A DNA stretch of 64,000 bases from Longimicrobium sp. (GTDB taxonomy: Bacteria > Gemmatimonadota > Gemmatimonadetes > Longimicrobiales > Longimicrobiaceae). The notes beneath the pieces were generated by a model. It was not told where the DNA came from. It saw only the letters and a program-made list of their open reading frames with translations, and searched no databases. This document shows, piece after piece, positions 28,125 through 36,255 of the stretch. The number at the start of each line of letters is the position of its first letter. Position 1 is the first letter of the stretch. The position numbers and the translations under genes were made by a program. The DNA lies in NCBI RefSeq assembly GCF_036399935.1, contig NZ_DASWMD010000058.1:1-64000 (forward strand). Direction: 5' to 3'.

Positions 28125-29315
28125 CTACAGCCGCACCAGCTCCACGCGGCGGTTCTGCTGGCGCCCCTCGGGGGTGGTGTTGGGCACGGCCGGCTTCGTC
28201 TCGCCCAGGCCCTGGCTTTCCAGGCGCGCCGCGTCGATGCCGAAGCGTTCCACCAGGTACTGCCGCACCGCGGCGGCGCGGCGGGTGGAAAGCGACAGGT
28301 TCGCATCGTCGGCGCCCACGTCGTCGGTGTGCCCCTCCACCTTCAGGCGCAGATCGGCGTGGCCGCGCAGCATGTCGCCGATGCGCTGCAGCACGGGTGC
28401 GCTCTCGGGGCGGATGCGGTCGCTGCCCGTGTCGAACAGGATTCCCTGCACCGCCACGCGCCCATCCGCCGACAGCGCGTCGTACAGGTCGCGCCCGCCG
28501 GCCGCCACGCGGATGCTGGCGATGTACGCGCCCTCGTTGCCCGCCACCCCGCTGCCGGGGATGTTCACCACGATCTGCCGGCCGCGTCCCACGTCGAAGT
28601 TGGGTGCGTTGGCCACGCGCGTGCCCAGCACGTACATCTTGGTGTAGCGCCCGTCGCCCATCAGCCGCACGAAGAAGGGCACGTTGGGCTGGTAGCCCTG
28701 GAACCCGCCCTGAGTGGAGCGGCTGTCCTGCGTGTTCAGCCCCGCCACCGTGCGGAAGTTGGTGCCCACGTGAAAGGTGGCGCGCGCCTTTCCGTCGCGG
28801 TCGTAGCCGTGCTCGCCTTCGGCCAGGTAGATCTCGGCCAGGCTGGCTTCGGCGGCCATGTACTCGATCTCCAGCGTGAACCGCTCGGGGAGCGCCTCGC
28901 TGAGCGGGATGGCGAACTTCAGGTCTTCGGCGGCGCGCAGGTAGCGGCGCCCGCCCACCTCGGCCACTTCGCCGTTGCCTTCCAGCAGCTCCAGCCGGCG
29001 GGGAAAGTCGCCCACGTTGTCGCGGGTGAAGTCTTCGGCGAAGAGCACCCGCTCGCCCGGCACGAAGTCGAAGTTCACGAACGCCACGGGCGCACCCTGC
29101 GCGGCCGGTGCATCCGCCTGGTCGGCGCCGGCTTCCTGGCCTTGGGCCTGCGCGGGCGCGGCCTGCCCGCCTCCGCCAACCGCCCCGCGCACCTGGTCTG
29201 CGCCCTGCCGCACGCGGTCGCGAAGGCGTCCGAGCTGCGCGTGGGCCTGGTCTACGGGGAGCACGGCCCCGAGCGCTGCGAGGGCGAAGATGGCCGCCCG
29301 AAACCGATGGTTCAT
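28125..29315 (-). CDS. OmpA-family protein (OmpA/MotB C-terminal peptidoglycan-binding domain)
   Basis: Signal peptide MNHRFRAAIFALAALGAVLP. C-terminal GHTDDVGADDANLSLSTRRAAAVRQYL...NRRVEL. Confidence 0.8.
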   Translation of the reverse strand: MNHRFRAAIFALAALGAVLPVDQAHAQLGRLRDRVRQGADQVRGAVGGGGQAAPAQAQGQEAGADQADAPAAQGAPVAFVNFDFVPGERVLFAEDFTRDNVGDFPRRLELLEGNGEVAEVGGRRYLRAAEDLKFAIPLSEALPERFTLEIEYMAAEASLAEIYLAEGEHGYDRDGKARATFHVGTNFRTVAGLNTQDSRSTQGGFQGYQPNVPFFVRLMGDGRYTKMYVLGTRVANAPNFDVGRGRQIVVNIPGSGVAGNEGAYIASIRVAAGGRDLYDALSADGRVAVQGILFDTGSDRIRPESAPVLQRIGDMLRGHADLRLKVEGHTDDVGADDANLSLSTRRAAAVRQYLVERFGIDAARLESQGLGETKPAVPNTTPEGRQQNRRVELVRL

Positions 29316-29567
29316 GGGTTCTCCTGGATGGATGTCGTTCCGGTCCTGTGAGCTTGCGGCGCGCGGAAATCCGTCCGCGCCGGGCTGCCACAATGCTACC
29401 GGATGCCAGGCGTACCAGCGTGAGCAGTTCTGCTCATCTTCACGGCCGCGCGGAACGAGCAGCCGACCCTCGCGGCCCTCGCGCACGTGGTTTACGCCTG
29501 CGCAGGTGGACGGCGTGCCGGTGAGCGTGCGGGTGGATGTGACGAGGGCCGGGGTGCGTGGATGAGA

Positions 29568-29600
29568 CGAGGGCGCGGAGATCAGCCGATCTCCGCGCCC
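29568..29600. repeat. Second copy of the GGGCGCGGAGAYCAGCCGRTCTCCGCGCCC palindromic element
   Basis: Two substitutions relative to the 26019 copy. Intergenic. Confidence 0.5.
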
Positions 29601-29871
29601 TCCGTTTGATGACAGGCCCCGTCGCTGCTCCGGCACTGGATGCGCCGCGCCCAATCCTGGTGTGTACCCCCTCTCCCACGCTGGTTGTGGGAGAGGGTCG
29701 CACGCGTGTCAGCGCGGCGGGGTGAGGGCCCCACGGCAGCCCAGGCCCCGGCTACGGTGAACGCTGCCGCGCCCTGAGTTGTACGCGGCCGCGGCTAGAT
29801 CCTTCGGCCCGCGCAGGGTGTGCTGCGGGCGGATGCGGTGCGCCTGGGCCTCTCAGGATGACAGGCTGGCG

Positions 29872-30435
29872 CTACTCGGTCGGCTCCGGCGCGCGGTCCG
29901 GGGCCTCGCCGCCCAGCGCGCGGACGATCTCGTCCAGCTCCGGGTTGCCGTCGATGACGAACACCACGCCCGGCGTGTCGATCACGTCCGGCAGCGGCGT
30001 GCCGGGCACGGGCTCGCCCTGCAGCGTCATCAGCCCGGCGTGGTCGGTGCCCAGCTCCAGCTCGTCGGCAGAGCCCAGCATTCCCTCCGAAACCTCGCCG
30101 CGCAGCTTGCCGCGCGTGATCTTGGTGCCGTTGGGCAGCCGTACGCCGCTGCGGATGACGGGGTAGTACGCGCCCGCCGCCACGTTGTCGGCGCCGGTGA
30201 CGATCTGCAGCCTCTGCTCGGTACCGTCGTTCACCACGCACACCTTCAGCCGGTCGGCGCTGGAGTGCTGGGTGACGGACTCCACGTGCGCCACTACCAC
30301 GGGGCGCAGCAGCTCCGCCAGCGGCACCACGCGCTGCACCTCGTAGCCGGCGCCGCGAAGCAGCGCGGCGACCTCCTCCGGGTCGGCGGGCAGGTTGGGG
30401 ATGCGGGAGTTCAACAAGGTCTGGCTGACGTTCAC
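29872..30435 (-). CDS. tRNA-binding (Myf/CsaA/YtpR-like) domain protein
   Basis: ADRLKVCVVNDGTEQRLQIVTGADNVAAG...LRGEVSEGMLGSADELELG resembles the PheT N-terminal/CsaA tRNA-binding domain. GTG start at 30435 is likely; the upstream part of the ORF looks spurious. Confidence 0.55.
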   Translation of the reverse strand: MNVSQTLLNSRIPNLPADPEEVAALLRGAGYEVQRVVPLAELLRPVVVAHVESVTQHSSADRLKVCVVNDGTEQRLQIVTGADNVAAGAYYPVIRSGVRLPNGTKITRGKLRGEVSEGMLGSADELELGTDHAGLMTLQGEPVPGTPLPDVIDTPGVVFVIDGNPELDEIVRALGGEAPDRAPEPTE

Positions 30436-30600
30436 GCGCGCGCTCCATCCATCGTTGGCGATTCGACCGGGAGCCCCAAACGTACCGCCTCGCGGGCCGT
30501 CGCGGGAGCCCACGCGGCAAGCTCCATCGGCCATCCCTGCGCCACATGCTCCCGCCGACGATCCGGCCGGGAGCAATGTAAACACAGGGTCCGTTGGGTC

Positions 30601-31059
30601 CTACTGTGCCTTGCGCCGGATCTCGACCAACCGGTGAACGGCGACCGGGTAGTCGATGTAGCGGTCTCCCGGCCAGTTCGGCACTACCCCGGTCGCCGCG
30701 CCACCGAGGTAGAGGCCCTGGTAATCCGTCGAAACGACGAGGGTGTCGCCGACCGCAAGGTTCAGTGACTCGATGGAGGCAGTCAAATCACCGGTTTCTC
30801 CCAGAATAATCCGGTTCACATCATGAAAGGCGCCCGCGTCCAGGTAGCGAACGCGATCCAGGTAAATCCGCCGCAGCCGTCCCGCTTCCTCGGTGCCAGC
30901 CGGGTCACGCTGAAAGGACCGGATGATCACGGCTTCACTAACGACGTTTTCTTTCGCGGGCCTCTTCCCGTCGTACTCGCCGGCCAACCGGTCGATCAAC
31001 TCGCACGCGGCCAGGGCAGGGATCGCCAGGAAGAGTGCAAACATGCGTAGTCGTTTCAC
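30601..31059 (-). CDS. Lipoprotein, unknown function
   Basis: MKRLRMFALFLAIPALAAC lipobox. Confidence 0.6.
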   Translation of the reverse strand: MKRLRMFALFLAIPALAACELIDRLAGEYDGKRPAKENVVSEAVIIRSFQRDPAGTEEAGRLRRIYLDRVRYLDAGAFHDVNRIILGETGDLTASIESLNLAVGDTLVVSTDYQGLYLGGAATGVVPNWPGDRYIDYPVAVHRLVEIRRKAQ

Positions 31060-31068
31060 GATACTCTC

Positions 31069-32295
31069 CTACTGATCGGGTACGATGAAGATGTATTTGG
31101 CCGAGGGCACCGGATCCGCAATCGCACGTGCCTGCGTTTCGGTGAGGGTTGTCGATTGAAGTGCCGAGAGGAACGTGCCGTTCTGCGGGTCGTCTATGTA
31201 GCAGCGAACCTTATGGCCCCACACGCCCCAGCTCCAGCGATCCCACAGCCAGTGTCCCCGAAAATGCTTGTACTTGACCTCACGACCGAGATCATTGTTG
31301 TGGTAGTCCATCACCCGCGCACCCCACACCCCGTTCCCCCATTCATTGGCATTCATGATCGCCTGGGCAACGGGACCGGAGCAGTACCTCCGCAGCATCA
31401 CGTTGACATACACGTGACGGAACGCGTCCCGGCGGGTATCGCCCGGGATCAGGTTCGGGTAGTAGCTTTGCGACGCGCTCTCGGCACGCAGCTTGGAGAA
31501 CAGGACCCGGGGGCCCAAGAACGCCGCCACGCCCAGCGGGATCGTGATCACCGGGCCCCAGACTTGGGCGGTTACCTCGCCGGGCCGTGAACCGGCCGCG
31601 GCCATGCGAATCAGCTCGTCCCGAGAATACTTTCCGCTGGTAGCGGCGATCTGGTACCCGCTTTCACCACGTGCAAGATCCTCGTAGTAGTACAGGAGAT
31701 CGTTCTCGGCAGAGGTAGCCTGGAGGCTGTCCGCCTCCTCCTGGACCGTCGGGATGTACGTCTCATCCACGACGAACTCCTGCTGGGCGGTCCAACTCTG
31801 GTCGTCGTCGTAAACCACCGGTGTGCCGCCCCCGCCAGTACCACATTCGGGATCTTCGATGACCTGATACTCTTGCCCGGAGCACGGTTCCGTGCTCATC
31901 ACACCCACGCCAGACTCGATCTCGTATTCACGCCAAGCACGGCGATACTGCTCCATCTCTACCACGGCCTCGCGCATCATGCCCGCGTATCCTCGCTGGG
32001 GATACAGTTCCCGCAGGCGCTTTTCCATGTACCGCTGGTACTTGGGGTTGTCGTCGTCGAGGCGGCGGATTCCGGCGTTCTGGTTCACGTACTCACGGAA
32101 GACGATGTACACCGCGATCGCCGGGTACGTAGGCGTCTTCATCACCAGACGGGGCGTCTGGACCGCTTCGTCGCGCGCGAGCGAGACGGTGCCCCTGCCG
32201 CTTGCCGTAGGCGCATCGGAGCACGCGCCAACGGCGAGCGGAACGAGCAGAGCCGCGGTCTTGCACAGGTCAACCCAGCAAGCCTTTGAATGCAT
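31069..32295 (-). CDS. Lipoprotein, unknown function (408 aa, Trp-rich C-terminus)
   Basis: MHSKACWVDLCKTAALLVPLAVGAC. Forms an operon with 30601..31059. Confidence 0.6.
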   Translation of the reverse strand: MHSKACWVDLCKTAALLVPLAVGACSDAPTASGRGTVSLARDEAVQTPRLVMKTPTYPAIAVYIVFREYVNQNAGIRRLDDDNPKYQRYMEKRLRELYPQRGYAGMMREAVVEMEQYRRAWREYEIESGVGVMSTEPCSGQEYQVIEDPECGTGGGGTPVVYDDDQSWTAQQEFVVDETYIPTVQEEADSLQATSAENDLLYYYEDLARGESGYQIAATSGKYSRDELIRMAAAGSRPGEVTAQVWGPVITIPLGVAAFLGPRVLFSKLRAESASQSYYPNLIPGDTRRDAFRHVYVNVMLRRYCSGPVAQAIMNANEWGNGVWGARVMDYHNNDLGREVKYKHFRGHWLWDRWSWGVWGHKVRCYIDDPQNGTFLSALQSTTLTETQARAIADPVPSAKYIFIVPDQ

Positions 32296-32553
32296 TGTTC
32301 GATCGGATAAAGGAAAAACCACGTAACGTACCGTCCCGAAAGTAGCGCTTGGTTTACTTTACGTCAATATGCATGCGGAACGATTCCCGAACGCACCCGG
32401 GTGGAAAAGGATTTCGGGGCATGGGGACCGGCGCCAAAGTTGCTCCTGCCACGGAGCTTACGCCGCAACGGGAATCCGCTCCCCCGTATCTCGTCGTACG
32501 GATGGGTGGGGCGCCGCGCGGCGGTCCTTTCGCGCGCACGAACGCCGGCCGAC

Positions 32554-33786
32554 ATGAGCACTACCGTAGTCGATATCATCCAGAACCCGGAGCGGCTTGC
32601 GCGCCTGCGGGCCACCGGGCTGCTGGACGCACCCACCGACGCGGCGTTCGACCGGCTGACGCGCCTGGCCAGCCGGCTGCTGAATGCGCCGCTGGCCACG
32701 GTGACGCTGGTGGACAGCGACCGGCAGTTCTACATGAGCTGCGCAGGCATGCCGGAACCCCTCGCCACCGAACGCGCCACGCCGCTGGAGTTCTCGTTCT
32801 GCAAGCACACCGTCGTGCTCGGAAAGCCGCTGATCGTTCCCGACACGCGAGAGCACCCCATCGTGGGCCAGAACCCCGCCATCGCGCAGTTCGGGGTCGC
32901 CGCGTACGCCGGCATCCCGCTGCTCACGGCCGACGGGCACGCCATCGGAACGCTGTGCGTGATGGACTACGTGGTGCGGCACTGGACGGAGGACGACGTG
33001 CTGAACCTTACCGACCTGGCGGCGTCGGTGAGCACGGAGATCGAGCTGCGGATGGACCTGGCCGAGCGGGCCCGGGTGGAGGTGGAGCTGCAGCACACCG
33101 TGGGGATGCGCGACGAGGTGCTGGCCATCGTGTCGCACGACCTTCGCAACCCGGTGCACACCATTCAGCTCAGCGCGCAGTTCCTGCTGGACGAGCTTCC
33201 CGCGGACGACGGCCCCGTGCCGGTGCGCCGGCAGCTGGCCATCGTGCGGCGCGCCGCCCAGCAGATGGACCGCATGATCGGCGACCTGCTGGACGCGGCG
33301 AGCATCGCGGCCGGGCACCTGTCGATGGAGCCGCGCGCCGTCCAGGCCTCCGACATCCTGCGCGGCGCCTGCGAGGTGCTGCGGCCCATCGTGGAGGAAA
33401 AGGGGATCCGCTTTGCCTTCAGCGATGCGGGCGAGGGCGCCGTGCTGCGCGCCGACCCCGACCGGGTGCTGCAGGTGCTGGGGAACCTGGCGGGCAACGC
33501 GGTGAAGTTCACCGCCGCGGACGGCTGCATCACCCTGGGGCTCCGGGTAGAGGAGGGGAGCGCGGTGTTTTCCGTCGGCGACACGGGCCAGGGCATTTCA
33601 CCCGAGCAGCTTCCGCACGTGTTCGAGCAGTTCTGGCAGGCGCGCCGGGCGGGGCGCCAGGGCACCGGGCTGGGGCTGACCATCGCGCACGGCATCGTGG
33701 CCGCGCACGGCGGTGGGATCGCCGTGGAAAGCACGCCGGGCGAGGGCAGCATCTTCTGGTTCACCCTGCCGCTCGCGGCGGCGTAG
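32554..33786 (+). CDS. GAF-domain sensor histidine kinase
   Basis: GAF-like N-terminal domain. H-box IVSHDLRNPVHTI. HATPase_c GNAVKFT...GLGLTIAHGIV. Confidence 0.8.
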   Translation: MSTTVVDIIQNPERLARLRATGLLDAPTDAAFDRLTRLASRLLNAPLATVTLVDSDRQFYMSCAGMPEPLATERATPLEFSFCKHTVVLGKPLIVPDTREHPIVGQNPAIAQFGVAAYAGIPLLTADGHAIGTLCVMDYVVRHWTEDDVLNLTDLAASVSTEIELRMDLAERARVEVELQHTVGMRDEVLAIVSHDLRNPVHTIQLSAQFLLDELPADDGPVPVRRQLAIVRRAAQQMDRMIGDLLDAASIAAGHLSMEPRAVQASDILRGACEVLRPIVEEKGIRFAFSDAGEGAVLRADPDRVLQVLGNLAGNAVKFTAADGCITLGLRVEEGSAVFSVGDTGQGISPEQLPHVFEQFWQARRAGRQGTGLGLTIAHGIVAAHGGGIAVESTPGEGSIFWFTLPLAAA

Positions 33787-33942
33787 TCCGGCGTGTGTCC
33801 CTGGGGGTCAGTCGATCCCGTGAATCCTGTTCGCCCACCCCGCGCGCCTCGGGAGAAGCGTGGCCCGGACACCGGCTGGCCGGCTACCTGAGGCACCTGT
33901 CCCGCCATCAATGGCCCAGGCCCGTGCGGCACCCCGTCCCTT

Positions 33943-35304
33943 TTGTCTGGTTACGTGCTAGCCGGGCCGACAGCGTGCGCGTATGCTGTCCGGAATGGGT
34001 GGACGACAGGGGACACGCAAGGGCCATTCATGGGCGAGCGGCACGCAATTCCGCAGCATCCCGGCTGGCGCCGCGCCGAGGCGCAGATCTTCGACGAGGT
34101 GCCCGAGGCGCTGGCGCTGGTGCTGTGGCAGGGACTTCGGCACCTGCGGGCATGGCTGCAGACGCCCGCGCCGCGTCGGGCGGATCTGTTTCACCCGTTC
34201 CCCCGGCTTGCGGCCGAATCGCGGCTGCGGGATGCGCGCGCGGCGGCGCCGGAGCTACGCGCGGCGCTCGACGGGCTGCTGGCCATCACGCGCTCGCCCC
34301 TCACGGCCGCCGAGCGCGACGTGGCGGCGGCGTGCGCTCAGATCGCGCGCTGGGCCGAGCGGAACGGGCATGCGCAGACGGCCATCCTGTTCGCCGAGGC
34401 CGCCGCGGTGCTCGACGGCTCCGACCCTGCGTTCGCCAACCACGCCGGGCGCCTGACGCGCAACGCCGGCGAGTTCGCGCGCGCCGACCTCTGGTTCCAG
34501 CGCGCCATCGGGCTGGCGCGGGGCGCGGACGCCAGCGTGGAGTACACGCGGGCGCAGTTGGGCTACGGCAGGTTGTGGCACACGCTTGGGGACGTGGAGC
34601 GTGCCCGCAAGCACTACAACCGCGGCTCGGTCGCGGCCATGCGCCAGGGCCTGGAATGGCTCGCCGCCGAGGCGCAGCACGATCTGATGGCGTTCTTGAC
34701 AGAGTACGGGTTGTTCGAAGCGGCGGAGCTTCACGCGCGTCGAGCTCTGGCTTGGTATCCGAAACGGCATCACCGATTCCCGCTGTTCGTAGCGGACCTC
34801 GTGTACCTTTTCCTTCGTGAATCGCACTATGAAGCCGCCTCGCGGCTCGCCCGCGCCGCATTCCGGACGGCCCGGCACCCGGGACAGCGGCTTGTGATCG
34901 CAGCGCAATACCTACGCGCCAAAGTGGGCTCGGGTGACGCTCAGTCCCTCAACACGTCTCGCAGGCGAATCCTACGAATACTCGAGGAACATCCGGAGTA
35001 CGAAATCGTCGTCCGCATCCATTTAGCCGAGGCCAATTCCCACGCCAGATTGTGGGACGCAGCGGAAGATGATGCCCGCATAGCACTGGACCGAGCCATA
35101 CGCGACGATGATGACCTACCCGCTTCGCTAGCTCGCGAACTATTGCAGAGAATCGCCGGCCGCATCCCGCCACCCGGCAACCAAGCTCGAACTGACCACG
35201 CGTTCGCGATGTTCGTCGACGCAGTCAGCGAGCGCATTGGGAATTGGCGGCCCGCCCCAACAATCGAGTCGCGATCTTCCGTCCGGAGAGGCTGGGTCGC
35301 GTAG
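33943..35304 (+). CDS. Hypothetical helical (TPR-like?) protein
   Basis: Long ORF with an Ala/Arg-rich helical pattern. Start is uncertain; MGERHAIP at about 34030 is a candidate. Confidence 0.35.
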   Translation: MSGYVLAGPTACAYAVRNGWTTGDTQGPFMGERHAIPQHPGWRRAEAQIFDEVPEALALVLWQGLRHLRAWLQTPAPRRADLFHPFPRLAAESRLRDARAAAPELRAALDGLLAITRSPLTAAERDVAAACAQIARWAERNGHAQTAILFAEAAAVLDGSDPAFANHAGRLTRNAGEFARADLWFQRAIGLARGADASVEYTRAQLGYGRLWHTLGDVERARKHYNRGSVAAMRQGLEWLAAEAQHDLMAFLTEYGLFEAAELHARRALAWYPKRHHRFPLFVADLVYLFLRESHYEAASRLARAAFRTARHPGQRLVIAAQYLRAKVGSGDAQSLNTSRRRILRILEEHPEYEIVVRIHLAEANSHARLWDAAEDDARIALDRAIRDDDDLPASLARELLQRIAGRIPPPGNQARTDHAFAMFVDAVSERIGNWRPAPTIESRSSVRRGWVA

Positions 35305-35306
35305 GA

Positions 35307-35534
35307 TCAGTTCCCCGACCCGAATGTCATCCCGCCTGATGCCTCGCTGCTGGCGGTCCCAGATTCGGTGGTTGAAGTCGTGTCCTGCCCAGCGTCGCGG
35401 TTTCCCGATCCAAAGAGGAACCCGGTGTTTTCACTCGCCTGACCGGGTTCGATCCCGGCGGGTGAATCGGAGGTGCAGGCGGCCAGGGCGGCGCAGAGCA
35501 GCGCCGCCGGGATGAGCGCGCGAGTGATCTTCAT
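35307..35534 (-). CDS. Small lipoprotein (75 aa), Ser/Thr/Gly-rich
   Basis: MKITRALIPAALLCAALAAC lipobox. Confidence 0.45.
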   Translation of the reverse strand: MKITRALIPAALLCAALAACTSDSPAGIEPGQASENTGFLFGSGNRDAGQDTTSTTESGTASSEASGGMTFGSGN

Positions 35535-35743
35535 GAGAACTCCGTTCGCGTGGGGACGACGCCAGGAGGGCGCGCGCGAACGATAACCGGACCATACTTG
35601 AGCCGCCAGCATCGACGGGGAACGCCGCCATCCCGCCGTCACCCCGGCGCTGATGGCGGACCGCGAGTTCTCCGTATCCGCCAGAACGCGATACACTCGT
35701 AGCCAGGTTCGACGATCCGCACGTCCCCGGCAGACGAGAGCAC

Positions 35744-36112
35744 ATGAGCGAGGGCCCCGAAGAGATCTCCGTGGATGCGCTGCGCGCCTACGTGCGCGAG
35801 CGGTCGGCCAGCACGTCCATCCGCGCGGTCGCCCAGGAGATTGGGGTAGGGCACAGCACCCTGTACAAATTCATCGGAGGAAGCACGCCGCGGGCTCGCG
35901 TGCGTGCGCGGCTGCTTGCGTGGTACGTGCGCGAGCGTCGCGGGCGGGAGCCGTCGCAGGTGGCCGCGGCCCGCGAGCTGTTGTCGGACCTTCCCCGCCT
36001 GGAGAAGACGCGGGCCGTCGCCGTGCTGGCCGACTCGCTGGAGTACATCTACGCCACCGCGCGCCAGCCCGCGCCCTGCTGGCTGGCGCTGGTGCGCAAG
36101 CACCCGTGGTGA
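35744..36112 (+). CDS. Small HTH-like protein (122 aa), reference member of a 4-copy family in this window
   Basis: SIRAVAQEIGVGHSTLYKFIGG...LLAWYVRERRG. A 3' fragment is duplicated at 53277..53468. Confidence 0.55.
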   Translation: MSEGPEEISVDALRAYVRERSASTSIRAVAQEIGVGHSTLYKFIGGSTPRARVRARLLAWYVRERRGREPSQVAAARELLSDLPRLEKTRAVAVLADSLEYIYATARQPAPCWLALVRKHPW

Positions 36113-36255
36113 GCCGAGCCGAGCGCGCAGCGCTGTACAAGGCTCACCAACTACCCACCCGCTCCACCCGCGTCGGCGTGAAGTCTCGGACCACGTAGCC
36201 GCGCCCTTCGGTGCCATCCCCAAAGTACCGCAGGAGTCCCGAGGTTCGCGCTCCC

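Noticed and set aside
26152-29654. ORFs 26152..28647 (+) 831 aa, 27608..28879 (+), 28036..29391 (-), 28089..29351 (+)
   Set aside because: They overlap the well-supported response-regulator, secreted-protein and OmpA genes in other frames. The translations are poly-Arg/Gly.
33943-35304. Calling 33943..35304 a TPR-type transcriptional regulator
   Set aside because: The helical/Ala-Arg-rich pattern is suggestive only. I cannot identify a DNA-binding motif, so it is left as hypothetical with low confidence.
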